A stretch of DNA of 64,000 bases from Macrostomum lignano (taxonomy: Eukaryota): NCBI GenBank assembly GCA_002269645.1, contig NIVC01002410.1, positions 48,800-112,799 on the forward strand. The letters are read 5' to 3'. Below the pieces are notes generated by a model, which saw nothing but the letters and a program-made list of their open reading frames with translations, searched no databases and was not told the DNA's origin. This document shows positions 13,560 through 48,234 of the stretch, in pieces. Both the position numbers and the translations under genes were made by a program. The stretch's first letter is position 1, and each line of letters starts with the position of its first letter.

Positions 13560-14100
13560 CGTATGCGCATGCATGCGTGTTTTTTTCAGTCACAGCCCCA
13601 CCCCCTTCTTCCTCTCCCACCCTATTAAAATATGGCATTCCATGTCGCTATGCACTTTTCTTAGTTGTCAGCAGCGCCTCCTCGCCGCCCCTGTTTATCA
13701 CCCGCCATTATTATGCTCGCGCTCGCGTGTGTCCTTGTGTTTTTTTATTTTTGGCCCAATTCGATTGGACTCGGACCAATCAGCGCCAGGAGTTCTCTTG
13801 GGCTGAGCTGCTACTGCCGCGAGCTTAAAGTCTAAGCTGACTTGTCGGACAGGACCTGCGCGCTCACACACACACACGCACACACACATCGCGCAAAATA
13901 GTCTACGTGAACTCTTCCCCGACCGACTCCTCTCTCCTTCTCTCCTCGGTACAGGCGCACTTGAGTACTTGGGTGGCGGCAGGCAGCCGTGCAGAACTGA
14001 TGATGACGCCAATGGCTCGCAGTTTTAGATTAGCTTACTTTGTACTGCTGGACCTATTTTTGCCGCTCCTCCTTCCCTGATCCTGTTTACAATTTTTTTT
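13560..14100. promoter_or_regulatory. CpG-rich promoter-like island upstream of TOP3B
   Basis: Local GC/CpG enrichment, paired CCAAT motifs (ATTGG and CCAATC at about 13763-13782), between the SPOP 3' end and TOP3B. Confidence 0.35.
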
Positions 14101-14307
14101 TCGATCGCTAGACCACCTCTCCTTCCCTCCCCCTGTCCCCACTGCCAATGCGTACAGTTGCGATCGTTCTTACTCTCATGATTGCTACTATAATTACATT
14201 CCAAAGCAGTGTAGTTGTTTGGTAATAATTATAAATATTTTTTAATTATATATTATTCATTAAAGTCCTGGTTGGTTATATTTATTACATGAATAATAAG
14301 GCAACGA

Positions 14308-14925
14308 AGACTATAGTTAAAAGTAAGTTAAGCGCCACAAAGACTATAGTTTAAATTAAGTAAGTTAAGCGCCACAAAGACTATAGTTTAAATTAAGTAA
14401 GTTAAGCGCCACAAAGACTATAGTTTAAATTAAGTAAGTTAAGCGCCACAAAGACTATAGTTTAAATTAAGTAAGTTAAGCGCCACAAAACTATAGTTTA
14501 AAGTAAGTTAAGCGCCACAAAGACTATAGTTTAAATTAAGTAAGTTAAGCGCCACAAAGACTATAGTTTAAATTAAGTAAGTTAAGCGCCACAAAGACTA
14601 TAGTTTAAATTAAGTAAGTTAAGCGCCACAAAACTATAGTTTAAAGTAAGTTAAGCGCCACAAAGACTATAGTTTAAATTAAGTAAGTTAAGCGCCACAA
14701 AGACTATAGTTTAAATTAAGTAAGTTAAGCGCCACAAAACTATAGTTTAAAGTAAGTTAAGCGCCACAAAGACTATAGTTTAAATTAAGTAAGTTAAGCG
14801 CCACAAAGACTATAGTTTAAATTAAGTAGGTTAAGCGCCACAAAGACTATAGTTTAAATTAAGTAAGTTAAGCGCCACAAAGACTATAGTTTAAATTAAG
14901 TCAGTTAAGCGCCACAAAGACTATT
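14308..14925. repeat. 37-bp tandem repeat GACTATAGTTTAAATTAAGTAAGTTAAGCGCCACAAA
   Basis: Units abut directly, with some shorter deletion variants. Ends about 130 bp before the TOP3B 5' acceptor. Confidence 0.95.
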
Positions 14926-15084
14926 AGTTTAAGCAAAACAAAGACTAGTTTGAGATCGATTTAGCGCTTTAATAACAAAATAACAGACAGGTTTGGCGCC
15001 ATAGACTTAGACTTTGCTAATCGTATCCCATGCCATTTCCCGTTATTCATGCTCTAGGGTCGCTGCCGCGCACCAGGCAGAGCC

Positions 15085-37563
<22,479 letters not shown>

Positions 37564-37839
37564 AAAAAACCCTGAAATTTGTGATTGCGCCGTCTTGGAA
37601 TTATGCAAAACAGATCGAGTATCAAATGTGGGTTTGGGAACCAGACGGTTTGCGCATAAACGCTCTGTCTAATCCAGAACTGAGAATCGTTTTAAGAGCC
37701 CCATCGTTAAGATTTCCCGGAGTCCCATCTCTTGTCTTGTTGATATTCCTTTGTATTTTCTCTCTTTTTCTAAAGCTTTTTTTCTGTATCTCATTAATGC
37801 GCTTCAGTTTTCTTAATATTCTGTCTTCATCTCCCTCTG

Positions 37840-38700
37840 TTTCACCCTTTTTCCTCTCCTCTTTCCCCTCTTCTCCCCTTTCTTTCTCCCTCTTCCCCTC
37901 TTCTCCTCTCTTCCCCTCTTTCCCTCTCTTCCCCTCTTCTCCTCTCTTCCTCTCTTCTCTCTTCCCCTCTCCTCTCTTCCCCTCTCCTCTCTTCCCCTCT
38001 TCTCCTCTCTTCCCCCTCTCCTCTCTTCCCCTCTCCTCTCTACCCCTCTCCTCTATTCCCCTCTTCCCCTCTCTTCCCCTCTCCTCTCTTCCCCTCTTCT
38101 CCTCTCTTCCCCCTCCTCTCTTCCCCTCTCCTTTCTTCCCCTCTCCTCTCTTCCCCTCTTCTCCTCTCTTCCCCCTCCTCTCTTCCCCCTCTCCTCTCTT
38201 CCCCTCTCCTCTCTACCCCTCTCCTCTATTCCCCTCTTCCCCTCTCTTCCCCTCTCCTCTCTTCCCCTCTTCTCCTCTCTTCCCCCTCCTCTCTTCCCCT
38301 CTCCTCTCTTCCCCCTCCTCTCTTCCCCTCTCCTCTCTTCCCCTCTCCTCTCTTCCCCTCTCCTCTCTTCCCCTCTTCCTCTCTTCCCCTCTCCTCTCTT
38401 CCCCTCTCCTCTCTTCCCCTCTCCTCTCTTCCCCTCTTCCTCTCTCTTCCCCTCTCCTCTCTTCCCCTCTTCTCCTCTCTTCCCCCTCCTCTCTTCCCCT
38501 CTCCTCTCTTCCCCTCTCCTCTCTTCCCCCTCCTCTCTTCCCCTCTCCTCTCTTCCCCTCTCCTCTCTTCCCCTCTCCTCTCTTCCCCTCTTCCTCTCTC
38601 TTCCCCTCTCCTCTCTTCCCCTCTTCTCCTCTCTTCCCCCTCTGCTCTCTTCCTCTCTCCTCTCTTCCCCTCTCTTCCTCTCTCCCCTCTCTTCCCATCC
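37840..38700. repeat. Polypyrimidine ~15-bp repeat CCCCTCTCCTCTCTT
   Basis: Almost pure C/T on the + strand, downstream of TOP3B. Confidence 0.95.
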
Positions 38701-39109
38701 TCTCTACTCGGCCCTTCGGAATCAGGCCTAAGTAAAATACAAATCTAATGTATTGGGCAGTCCGGTATGCTTATAAAGTTTAAACAATACCCTTCCCGTC
38801 AACTTGTTCATAGCTTTTTTCCTAGCTATGCACGTTACAGTCTTGCTGAGCAAAAGCTATGTTTATTTCGATAATACCTGCGTATTGTTATCAGGCTGTA
38901 GTTGCTAATGTTGAAAATTAATAACTTAAAAAAATCAATATTGTATTGTTTTGACTGCTATTAGGATTCGCCATTGTATTTAGTATTTCTTTCAATAATA
39001 CAATATTGATTTTTAATAATAAATAAAGGGCTTCTAGGACGTAATGTTTTCCTTGTATGCTTTTTTATTTCTTAGATTTTTTTTTGATATTTGTCAAGTT
39101 TTCAAGTTT

Positions 39110-41155
39110 GAGTGGGAAGTTTCTAGTTTGTGTGGGAAGTTTCTAGTTTGTGTGGGAAGCTTCTACCCATCTTTTCACCAGGAAGTTTCTAGTTTGTGTG
39201 GGAAGCTTCTAGTTTGAGTGGGAAGTTTCTAGTTTGTGTGGGAAGTTTCTAGTTTGAGTGGGAAGTTTCTAGTTTGTGTGGGAAGTTTCTAGTTTGAGTA
39301 GGAAGTTTCTAGTTTGTGTGGAAAGTTTCTAGTTTGTGTGGGAAGTTTCTAGTTTGTGTGGGAAGTTTCTAGTTTGTGTGGAAGTTTCTAGTTTGTGTGG
39401 GAAGTTTCTAGTTTGTGTGGGAAGCTTCTAGTTTGTGTGGAAAGTTTCTAGTTTGTGTGGGAAGTTTCTAGTTTGTGCGGAAGTTTCTAGTTTGTGTGGA
39501 AAGTTTCTAGTTTGTGTGGAAAGTTTCTAGTTTGTGTGGGAAGCTTCTAGTTTGAGTGGGAAGTTTCTAGTTTGTGTGGGAAGTTTCTAGTTTGTGTGGA
39601 AGTTTCTAGTTTGTGTGGGAAGTTTCTAGTTTGAGTAGGAAGTTTCTAGTTTGTGTGGAAAGTTTCTAGTTTGTGTGGGAAGTTTCTAGTTTGTGTGGGA
39701 AGTTTCTAGTTTGTGCGGAAGTTTCTAGTTTGTGTGGAAAGTTTCTAGTTTGTGTGGGAAGTTTCTAGTTTGTGTGGGAAGTTTCTAGTTTGTGTGGAAG
39801 TTTCTAGTTTGTGTGGGAAGTTTCTAGTTTGAGTAGGAAGTTTCTAGTTTGTGTGGGAAGTTTCTAGTTTGTGTGGGAAGTTTCTAGTTTGTGTGGGAAG
39901 TTTCTAGTTTGTGTGGGAAGCTTCTAGTTTGTGTGGAAAGTTTCTAGTTTGTGTGGGAAGTTTCTAGTTTGAGTAGGAAGTTTCTAGTTTGTGTGGGAAG
40001 TTTCTAGTTTGTGTGGGAAGTTTCTAGTTTGAGTAGGAAGTTTCTAGTTTGTGTGGGAAGTTTCTAGTTTGTGTGGGAAGTTTCTAGTTTGAGTAGGAAG
40101 TTTCTAGTTTGTGTGGGAAGTTTCTAGTTTGAGTAGGAAGTTTCTAGTTTGTGTGGGAAGTTTCTAGTTTGTGTGGGAAGCTTCTAGTTTAAGTGGGAAG
40201 TTTCTAGTTTGTGTGGGAAGTTTCTAGTTTGAGTAGGAAGTTTCTAGTTTGTGTGGAAAGTTTCTAGTTTGTGTGGGAAGTTTCTAGTTTGAGTAGGAAG
40301 TTTCTAGTTTGTGTGGAAAGTTTCTAGTTTGTGTGGGAAGTTTCTAGTTTGTGTGGGAAGTTTCTAGTTTGTGCGGAAGTTTCTAGTTTGTGTGGGAAGT
40401 TTCTAGTTTGTGTGGGAAGCTTCTAGTTTGTGTGGAAAGTTTCTAGTTTGTGTGGGAAGTTTCTAGTTTGTGTGGAAAGTTTCTAGTTTGTGTGGGAAGT
40501 TTCTAGTTTGTGTGGAAAGTTTCTAGTTTGTGTGGGAAGTTTCTAGTTTGTGTGGGAAGTTTCTAGTTTGTGTGGGAAGTTTCTAGTTTGAGTAGGAAGT
40601 TTCTAGTTTGTGTGGGAAGTTTCTAGTTTGTGTGGGAAGTTTCTAGTTTGAGTAGGAAGTTTCTAGTTTGTGTGGGAAGTTTCTAGTTTGTGTGGGAAGT
40701 TTCTAGTTTGTGTGGAAAGTTTCTAGTTTGAGTAGGAAGTTTCTAGTTTGTGTGGAAAGTTTCTAGTTTGTGTGGGAAGTTTCTAGTTTGTGTGGGAAGT
40801 TTCTAGTTTGAGTAGGAAGTTTCTAGTTTGAGTAGGAAGTTTCTAGTTTGTGTGGGAAGTTTCTAGTTTGTGTGGGAAGTTTCTAGTTTGTGCGGAAGTT
40901 TCTAGTTTGAGTAGGAAGTTTCTAGTTTGTGTGGGAAGTTTCTAGTTTGTGTGGGAAGTTTCTAGTTTGTGTGGGAAGTTTCTAGTTTGGGAGTGGGAAG
41001 TTTCTAGTTTGTGTGGGAAGGTTCTAGTTTGGGAGTGGGAAGTTTCTAGTTTGTGTGGAAAGTTTCTAGTTTGTGTGGGAAGGTTCTAGTTTGTGTGGGA
41101 AGTTTCTAGTTTGGGAGTGGGAAGTTTCTAGTTTGTGTGGGAAGTTTCTAGTTTG
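39110..41155. repeat. 20-bp minisatellite GTGGGAAGTTTCTAGTTTGT
   Basis: Between TOP3B and TAF7. Confidence 0.97.
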
Positions 41156-41704
41156 CTTGGGGCAAGTAGAATGCCAACTATCCTCGTCTACATTTTCTCA
41201 ATCTTTCCTTCCGCTTAACTTTGTGACTTAAGTGAGTGAGTCTATTTTTAGGAAAAACTTTTTTGTTGTTAGTTGATCCTTTCTTCCTTTGCCATCTCGG
41301 CATGCTTTTCCTGGACATTTTCTAAGAAATTTTTCTTTGGCGAGTTTCCGGCTATTTCTGACATGCATCAGTGCGCCTGCAGCGGTTTTCTCTTCTGATT
41401 TTTATTTATAGCTCTGCCAGCCAGTCTTGTCCTGGAATGGCTTGGCTTGTAGATTTTCATTCTTGAATGGAATTCGCCAACTTGAATGGAGTCAGTTGCT
41501 TCCGTCGCTCAGCTTTCTGCGGGTGACATGGGGACATGCTTTGCAGTTATTTTTTTGCTGCTAAAAATGGACTCGAGCGGCCTTTGCTTCTTGGTCAAAG
41601 TCTGGTTGTCCATGGTAGTAAGGACTTCCAGATGTTAATATGCAGCATTTTCTAATCTTCAAGCTTAGCCGTCGCCCTCCCATGTCTTCAGATTTCGACC
41701 GCTA

Positions 41705-42120
41705 GCCTCCCAGATCCTCAGTTGCTGGGCCAGTCTCCCAGATCCTCAGTTGCTGGGCCAGTCTCTTAGATCCTCAGTTGCTGGGCCAGTCTCTTAGATC
41801 CTCAGTTGCGGGGCCAGTCTCCCAGATCCTCAGTTGCTGGGCCAGCCTCCCAGATCCTCAATTGCTGGGCCAGTCTCCCAGATCCTCAGTTGCTGGGCCA
41901 GTCTTCCAGATCCTCAGTTGCTGGGCCAGTCTCCCAGATCCTCAGTTGCTGGGCCAGTCTCCCAGATCCTCAGTTGCTGGGCCAGTCTCCCAGATCCTCA
42001 GTTGCTGGGCCAGTCTCCCAGATCCTCAGTTGCTGGGCTAACCTCCCAGATCCTCAGTTGCTGGGCCAGTCTCCTAGATCCTCAGTTGCTGGGCCAGTCT
42101 CCCAGATCCTCATTTGCTGG
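41705..42120. repeat. 28-bp minisatellite CTGGGCCAGTCTCCCAGATCCTCAGTTG
   Basis: Just upstream of TAF7. Confidence 0.95.
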
Positions 42121-42197
42121 GCCACCGCGAGCCTCTGATATCATAAACCAGAGAAAATTGAATCGAATATTTTCAGTAAAGCAACAATAAGAGTCCA

Positions 42198-43919
42198 ATG
42201 TCTCAGCAGCAGCAGCAGACGCAGCCTGCTCAAGCTCGCGGTCACGCCCCGGTAGAGCCGGAGCAGTGCCTCATACTGCGCCTGCCCCAGCCAGCTGCTG
42301 ACAAGCTCAGGGGGGACATCGAGTCGGGCGCCCAGCTGCAGGACCGGCTAAGCCTGGAGGCCCGGCAGGATCTGCGCAGCTTCACTCTAACCTACGACGG
42401 CGAGACCCTGCCCGGCCGGCTGGTTGACCTGCCCTGCATAGTTGAGGGACTGAAGACTGCCGACTCGCGTACCTTCTACAAGGTGGCCAACATCACCCAG
42501 ATGCTGATGTGCGGCGAGGATGCCGCCTCAGCTTTGCAGACGCTTCAACGATCCTCGGGTAGTCGCCGCCGCAGATCGGCTTCGGCTTCGGCGACGGTCA
42601 CGGCGACGGCCGAGGAGCGGATGCACCAGTGGGATCACGGACTGACGCCGCCATTGAGAAATGTTCGCCGCAGGCGGTTCCGTCGGGTGTTGCGCAATCG
42701 CAGTATGGACATGCCGGAGCTGGAGAAGGAGGTCAAACGGCTGCTGAAAAACGATATGGAAGCGGCAGATGTCAAGTGGGAGGTGAGAGAGTTATTAGAA
42801 CTGAATTTAATTAGAACTCGGCAGATATAACCGCTTATAATTAGAACTGGATTGAGATAGAACTCGGCAGATATAGCCGCTTATAATTAGAACTGAATTG
42901 AGATAGAACTCGGTAGATATAACCGCTTATAATTAGAACTGAATTGAGATAGAACTCGGCAGATATAACCGCTTATAATTAGAACTGAATTGAGATAGAA
43001 CTCGGCAGATATAACCGCTTAGAATTAGAACTGAATTGAGATAGAACTCGGTAGATATAACCGCTTATAATTAGAACTGAATTGAGATAGAACTCGGCAG
43101 ATATAACCGCTTATAATTAGAACTGAATTGAGATAGAACTCGGCAGATATAACCGCTTATAATTAGAACTGAATTGAGATAGAACTCGGCAGATATAACC
43201 GCTTATAATTAGAACTGAATTGAGATAGAACTGGGCAGATATAACCGCTTAGAATTAGAATTGAATCGAGATAGAACTCGGCAGATATAACCGCTTATAA
43301 TTAGAACTGAATTGAGATAGAACTCGGCAGATATAACCGCTTAGAATTAGAATTGAATCGAGATAGAACTCGGCAGATATAACCGCTTATAATTAGAATT
43401 GAATTGAGATAGAACTCGGCAGATATAACCGCTTATAATTAGAACTGAATTGAGATAGAACTCTGTAGATATAACCGCTTATAATTAGAACTGAATTGAG
43501 ATAGAACTCTGTAGATATAACCGCTTAGAATTAGAATTGAATTGAGATAGAACTTGGCAGATATAACCGCTATATATGTGATTATGCACATGCACACAAA
43601 CATTCCTGTGTCAAAGGTGCTCACTGAAGAGGAGGCCTCTAAACTGGACTCGGCGTCTTCACAACAGCAGCAGTCGCAGCCTTCGGAGCAGCCCGCCGGC
43701 TCATCGCAAACTGTGGACGATGGCAGCAACAATCTGATGATGGCCACTCAGCTGTTTGGCGACATCAGCGACTCGACATCCTCCGGCGATAACGAGGGCG
43801 ACGATAGCGACGATGAAGAAGGCGAAGGCGAAGCTGGTGACGGCGACGGCGAAGGAGGCGATGACGGTGCAGATGATGCAGCTGAAAAAGCCGACGACAT
43901 TGACATGGAAGAGGACTGA
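42198..43919 (+). CDS. TAF7: TFIID subunit 7 (TAFII55 N-terminal domain), 295 aa. Exons 42198-42782, 43617-43919
   Basis: EQCLILRLP, GRLVDLPCIVEGLKT-D--TFYKVANITQML, WDHGLTPPLRNVRRRRFRR, PELEKEVKRLL...VKWEV followed by an acidic tail. Phase-0 GT-AG intron. Confidence 0.93.
42810..43570. repeat. 46-bp tandem repeat AGAACTCGGCAGATATAACCGCTTATAATTAGAACTGAATTGAGAT
   Basis: Fills the TAF7 intron. Confidence 0.97.
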
Positions 43920-46900
43920 TCCCGATTGCATAGTCCCGCTGAGGAAGAATCCCGATTGCATAGTCCCACTGAGGAAGAATCTCGATTGCATAGTCCCGCT
44001 GAGGAAGAATCCCGATTGCATAGTCCCGCTGAGGAAGAATCCCGATTGCATAGTCCCGCTGAGGAAGAATCTCGATTGCATAGTCCCGCTGAGGAAGAAT
44101 CCCGATTGCATAGTCCCGCTGAGGAAGAATCCCGATTGCATAGTCCCGCTGAGGAAGAATCCCGATTGCATAGTCCCGCTGAGGAAGAATCTCGATTGCA
44201 TAGTCCCGCTGAGGAAGAATCCCGATTGCATAGTCCCGCTGAGGAAGAATCTCGATTGCGTAGTCCCGCTGAGGAAGAATCCCGATTGCATAGTCCCGCT
44301 GAGGAAGAATCCCGATTGCATAGTCCCGCTGAGGAAGAATCCCGATTGCATAGTCCCGCTGAGGAAGAATCCCGATTGCATAGTCCCGCTGAGGAAGAAT
44401 CTCGATTGCATAGTCCCGCTGAGGAAGAATCCCGATTGCATAGTCCCGCTGAGGAAGAATCCCGATTACATAGTCCCGCTGAGGAAGAATCCCCGATTGC
44501 ATAGTCTTACTGAGGAAGAATCCCGATTGCATAGTCCCGCTGAGGAAGAATCCCGATTGCATAGTCCCGCTGAGGAAGAATCCCGATTGCATAGTCCCGC
44601 TGAGGAAGAATCCCGATTGCATAGTCCCGCTGAGGAAGAATCCCGATTGCATAGTCCCGCTGAGGAAGAATCCCGATTACATAGTCCCGCTGAGGAAGAA
44701 TCCCGATTGCATAGTCCCGCTGAGGAAGATTCCCGATTGCATAGTCCCGCTGAGGAAGAATCCCGATTGCATAGTCTTACTGAGGAAGAATCCCGATCGC
44801 ATAGTCCCGCTGAGGAAGAATCCCGATTGCATAGTCCCGCTGAGGAAGAATCCCGATTGCATAGTCCCGCTGAGGAAGAATCCCGATTGCATAGTCCCGC
44901 TGAGGAAGAATCCCGATTGCATAGTCCCGCTGAGGAAGAATCCCGATTGCATAGTCCCGCTGAGGAAGAATCCCGATTGCATAGTCCTGAGGAAGAATCC
45001 CGATTGCATAGTCTTACTGAGGAAGAATCCCGATCGCATAGTCCCGCTGAGGAAGAATCCTGATTGCATAGTCCCGCTGAGGAAGAATCCCCCGATTGCA
45101 TAGTCCCACTGAGGAAGAATCCCGATTGCATAGTCCCGCTGAGGAAGAATCCCGATTGCATAGTCCCGCTGAGGAAGAATCTCGATTGCATAGTCCCGCT
45201 GAGGAAGAATCCAGATTGCATAGTCCCGCTGAGGAAGAATCCCCGATTGCATAGTCCCGCTGAGGAAGAATCCCCGATTGCATAGTCCCGCTGAGGAAGA
45301 ATCCCGATTGCATAGTCCCGCTGAGGAAGAATCCCGATTGCATAGTCCCGCTGAGGAAGAATCCCGATTGCATAGTCCCGCTGAGGAAGAATCCAGATTG
45401 CATAGTCCCGCTGAGGAAGAATCCCGATTGCATAGTCCCGCTGAGGAAGAATCCCGATTGCATAGTCCCGCTGAGGAAGAACCCGATTGCGTAGTCCCGC
45501 TGAGGAAGAACCCCGATTGCATAGTCTTACTGAGGAAGAATCCAGATTGCATAGTCTTACTGAGGAAGAATCCCGATTGCATAGTCTTACTGAGGAAGAA
45601 TCCCCCGATTGCATAGTCTTACTGAGGAAGAATCCAGATTGCATAGTCTTACTGAGGAAGAATCCCCCGATTGCATAGTCTTACTGAGGAAGAATCCCGA
45701 TTGCATAGTCTTACTGAGGAAGAATCCCGATTGCATAGTCTTACTGAGGAAGAATCCCCGATTGCATAGTCTTACTGAGGAAGAATCCCGATTGCATAGT
45801 CCCGCTGAGGAAGAATCCCGATTGCATAGTCCCGCTGAGGAAGAATCCCGATTGCATAGTCCCGCTGAGGAAGAATCCCGATTGCATAGTCCCGCTGAGG
45901 AAGAATCCCGATTGCATAGTCCCGCTGAGGAAGAATCCCGATTGCATAGTCCCGCTGAGGAAGAATCCCGATTGCATAGTCCCGCTGAGGAAGAATCCAG
46001 ATTGCATAGTCCCGCTGAGGAAGAATCCCGATTGCATAGTCCCGCTGAGGAAGAATCCCGATTGCATAGTCCCGCTGAGGAAGAATCCCGATTGCATAGT
46101 CCCGCTGAGGAAGAATCCCGATTGCATAGTCCCGCTGAGGAAGAATCCCGATTACATAGTCCCGCTGAGGAAGAATCCCGATTGCATAGTCCCGCTGAGG
46201 AAGAATCCCGATTGCATAGTCCCGCTGAGGAAGAATCCCGATTGCATAGTCCCGCTGAGGAAGAATCCCGATTGCATAGTCCCGCTGAGGAAGAATCCCG
46301 ATTGCATAGTCCCGCTGAGGAAGAATCCCGATTACATAGTCCCGCTGAGGAAGAATCCCGATTGCATAGTCCCGCTGAGGAAGATTCCCGATTGCATAGT
46401 CCCGCTGAGGAAGAATCCCGATTGCATAGTCTTACTGAGGAAGAATCCCGATCGCATAGTCCCGCTGAGGAAGAATCCCGATTGCATAGTCCCGCTGAGG
46501 AAGAATCCCGATTGCATAGTCCCGCTGAGGAAGAATCCCGATTGCATAGTCCCGCTGAGGAAGAATCCCGATTACATAGTCCCGCTGAGGAAGAATCCCG
46601 ATTGCATAGTCCCGCTGAGGAAGAATCCCGATTGCATAGTCTTACTGAGGAAGAATCCCGATTGCATAGTCTTACTGAGGAAGAATCCCGATCGCATAGT
46701 CCTGATTGCATAGTCCCGCTGAGGAAGAATCCCGATTGCATAGTCCTGAGGAAGAATCCCGATTGCATAGTCCCGCTGAGGAAGAATCCCGATTGCATAG
46801 TCCCGCTGAGGAAGAATCCGATTGCATAGTCCCGCTGAGGAAGAATCCAGATTGCATAGTCCCGCTGAGGAAGAATCCCCGATTGCATAGTCCCGCTGAG

Positions 46901-47805
46901 GAAGAATCCCCGATTGCATAGTCCCGCTGAGGAAGAATCCCGATTGCATAGTCCCGCTGAGGAAGAATCCCGATTGCATAGTCCCGCTGAGGAAGAATCC
47001 CGATTGCATAGTCCCGCTGAGGAAGAATCCAGATTGCATAGTCCCGCTGAGGAAGAATCCCGATTGCATAGTCCCGCTGAGGAAGAATCCCGATTGCATA
47101 GTCCCGCTGAGGAAGAACCCGATTGCATAGTCCCGCTGAGGAAGAACCCGATTGCATAGTCTTACTGAGGAAGAATCCAGATTGCATAGTCTTACTGAGG
47201 AAGAATCCCGATTGCATAGTCTTACTGAGGAAGAATCCCCCGATTGCATAGTCTTACTGAGGAAGAATCCAGATTGCATAGTCTTACTGAGGAAGAATCC
47301 CCCGATTGCATAGTCTTACTGAGGAAGAATCCCGATTGCATAGTCTTACTGAGGAAGAATCCCCCGATTGCATAGTCTTACTGAGGAAGAATCCCCCGAT
47401 TGCATAGTCTTACTGAGGAAGAATCCCGATTGCATAGTCCCGCTGAGGAAGAATCCCGATTGCATAGTCCCGCTGAGGAAGAATCCCGATTGCATAGTCC
47501 CGCTGAGGAAGAATCCCGATTGCATAGTCCCGCTGAGGAAGAATCCCGATTGCATAGTCCCGCTGAGGAAGAATCCCGATTGCATAGTCCCGCTGAGGAA
47601 GAATCCCGATTGCATAGTCCCGCTGAGGAAGAATCCAGATTGCATAGTCCCGCTGAGGAAGAATCCCGATTGCATAGTCCCGCTGAGGAAGAATCCCGAT
47701 TGCATAGTCCCGCTGAGGAAGAATCCCGATTGCATAGTCCCGCTGAGGAAGAACCCCATAGTCCCGCTGAGGAAGAATTGCATAGTCCCGCTGAGGAAGA
47801 ACCCC
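43912..47805. repeat. 30-bp minisatellite CCCGATTGCATAGTCCCGCTGAGGAAGAAT, about 3.9 kb
   Basis: Starts at the TAF7 stop codon and produces all HSPAEEESR / SGFFLSGTMQ ORFs. Confidence 0.97.
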
Positions 47806-48234
47806 AATTTCGCAGAGTACGTACAAAGCCTGTGGTAAACAGAGTCCCCAAATTAATTGTTCGCATTGCTACTAAATATCGTTACTTTTTCTGCAAGTTC
47901 TGTCTGTACCCGCCTGGCTTTTCTGATTGATGAAATTTCAACTTTTCCGCAGCAATTCATTAATTGGCGTATTTTTCTTGCTCTCCAGTTCTAGCTAATC
48001 TGCTTTTGGCCTGTTTTTTGGTGCATTTCTGTCTGGTTAAGTGCGTACAGTTTTATATTATAAGTGCGTTTGCACTGAGGCTGTATAATTATTCTGTAAA
48101 TAAAACTCTGCCCATAGTGCGGCTGCTTACTGTTGCTTACGAAACAGAATAGTAATTTTAAAACTTTTTTATCCAATGCACTAACCGAGTTCGGTCGGCT
48201 TCATGTGTGAAGCATTTTAGAAACTTGAATAGAG

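Noticed and set aside
12131-14925. 50-bp and 37-bp arrays as possible CRISPR arrays
   Set aside because: The units abut with no unique spacers, there are no cas genes, and the context is eukaryotic.
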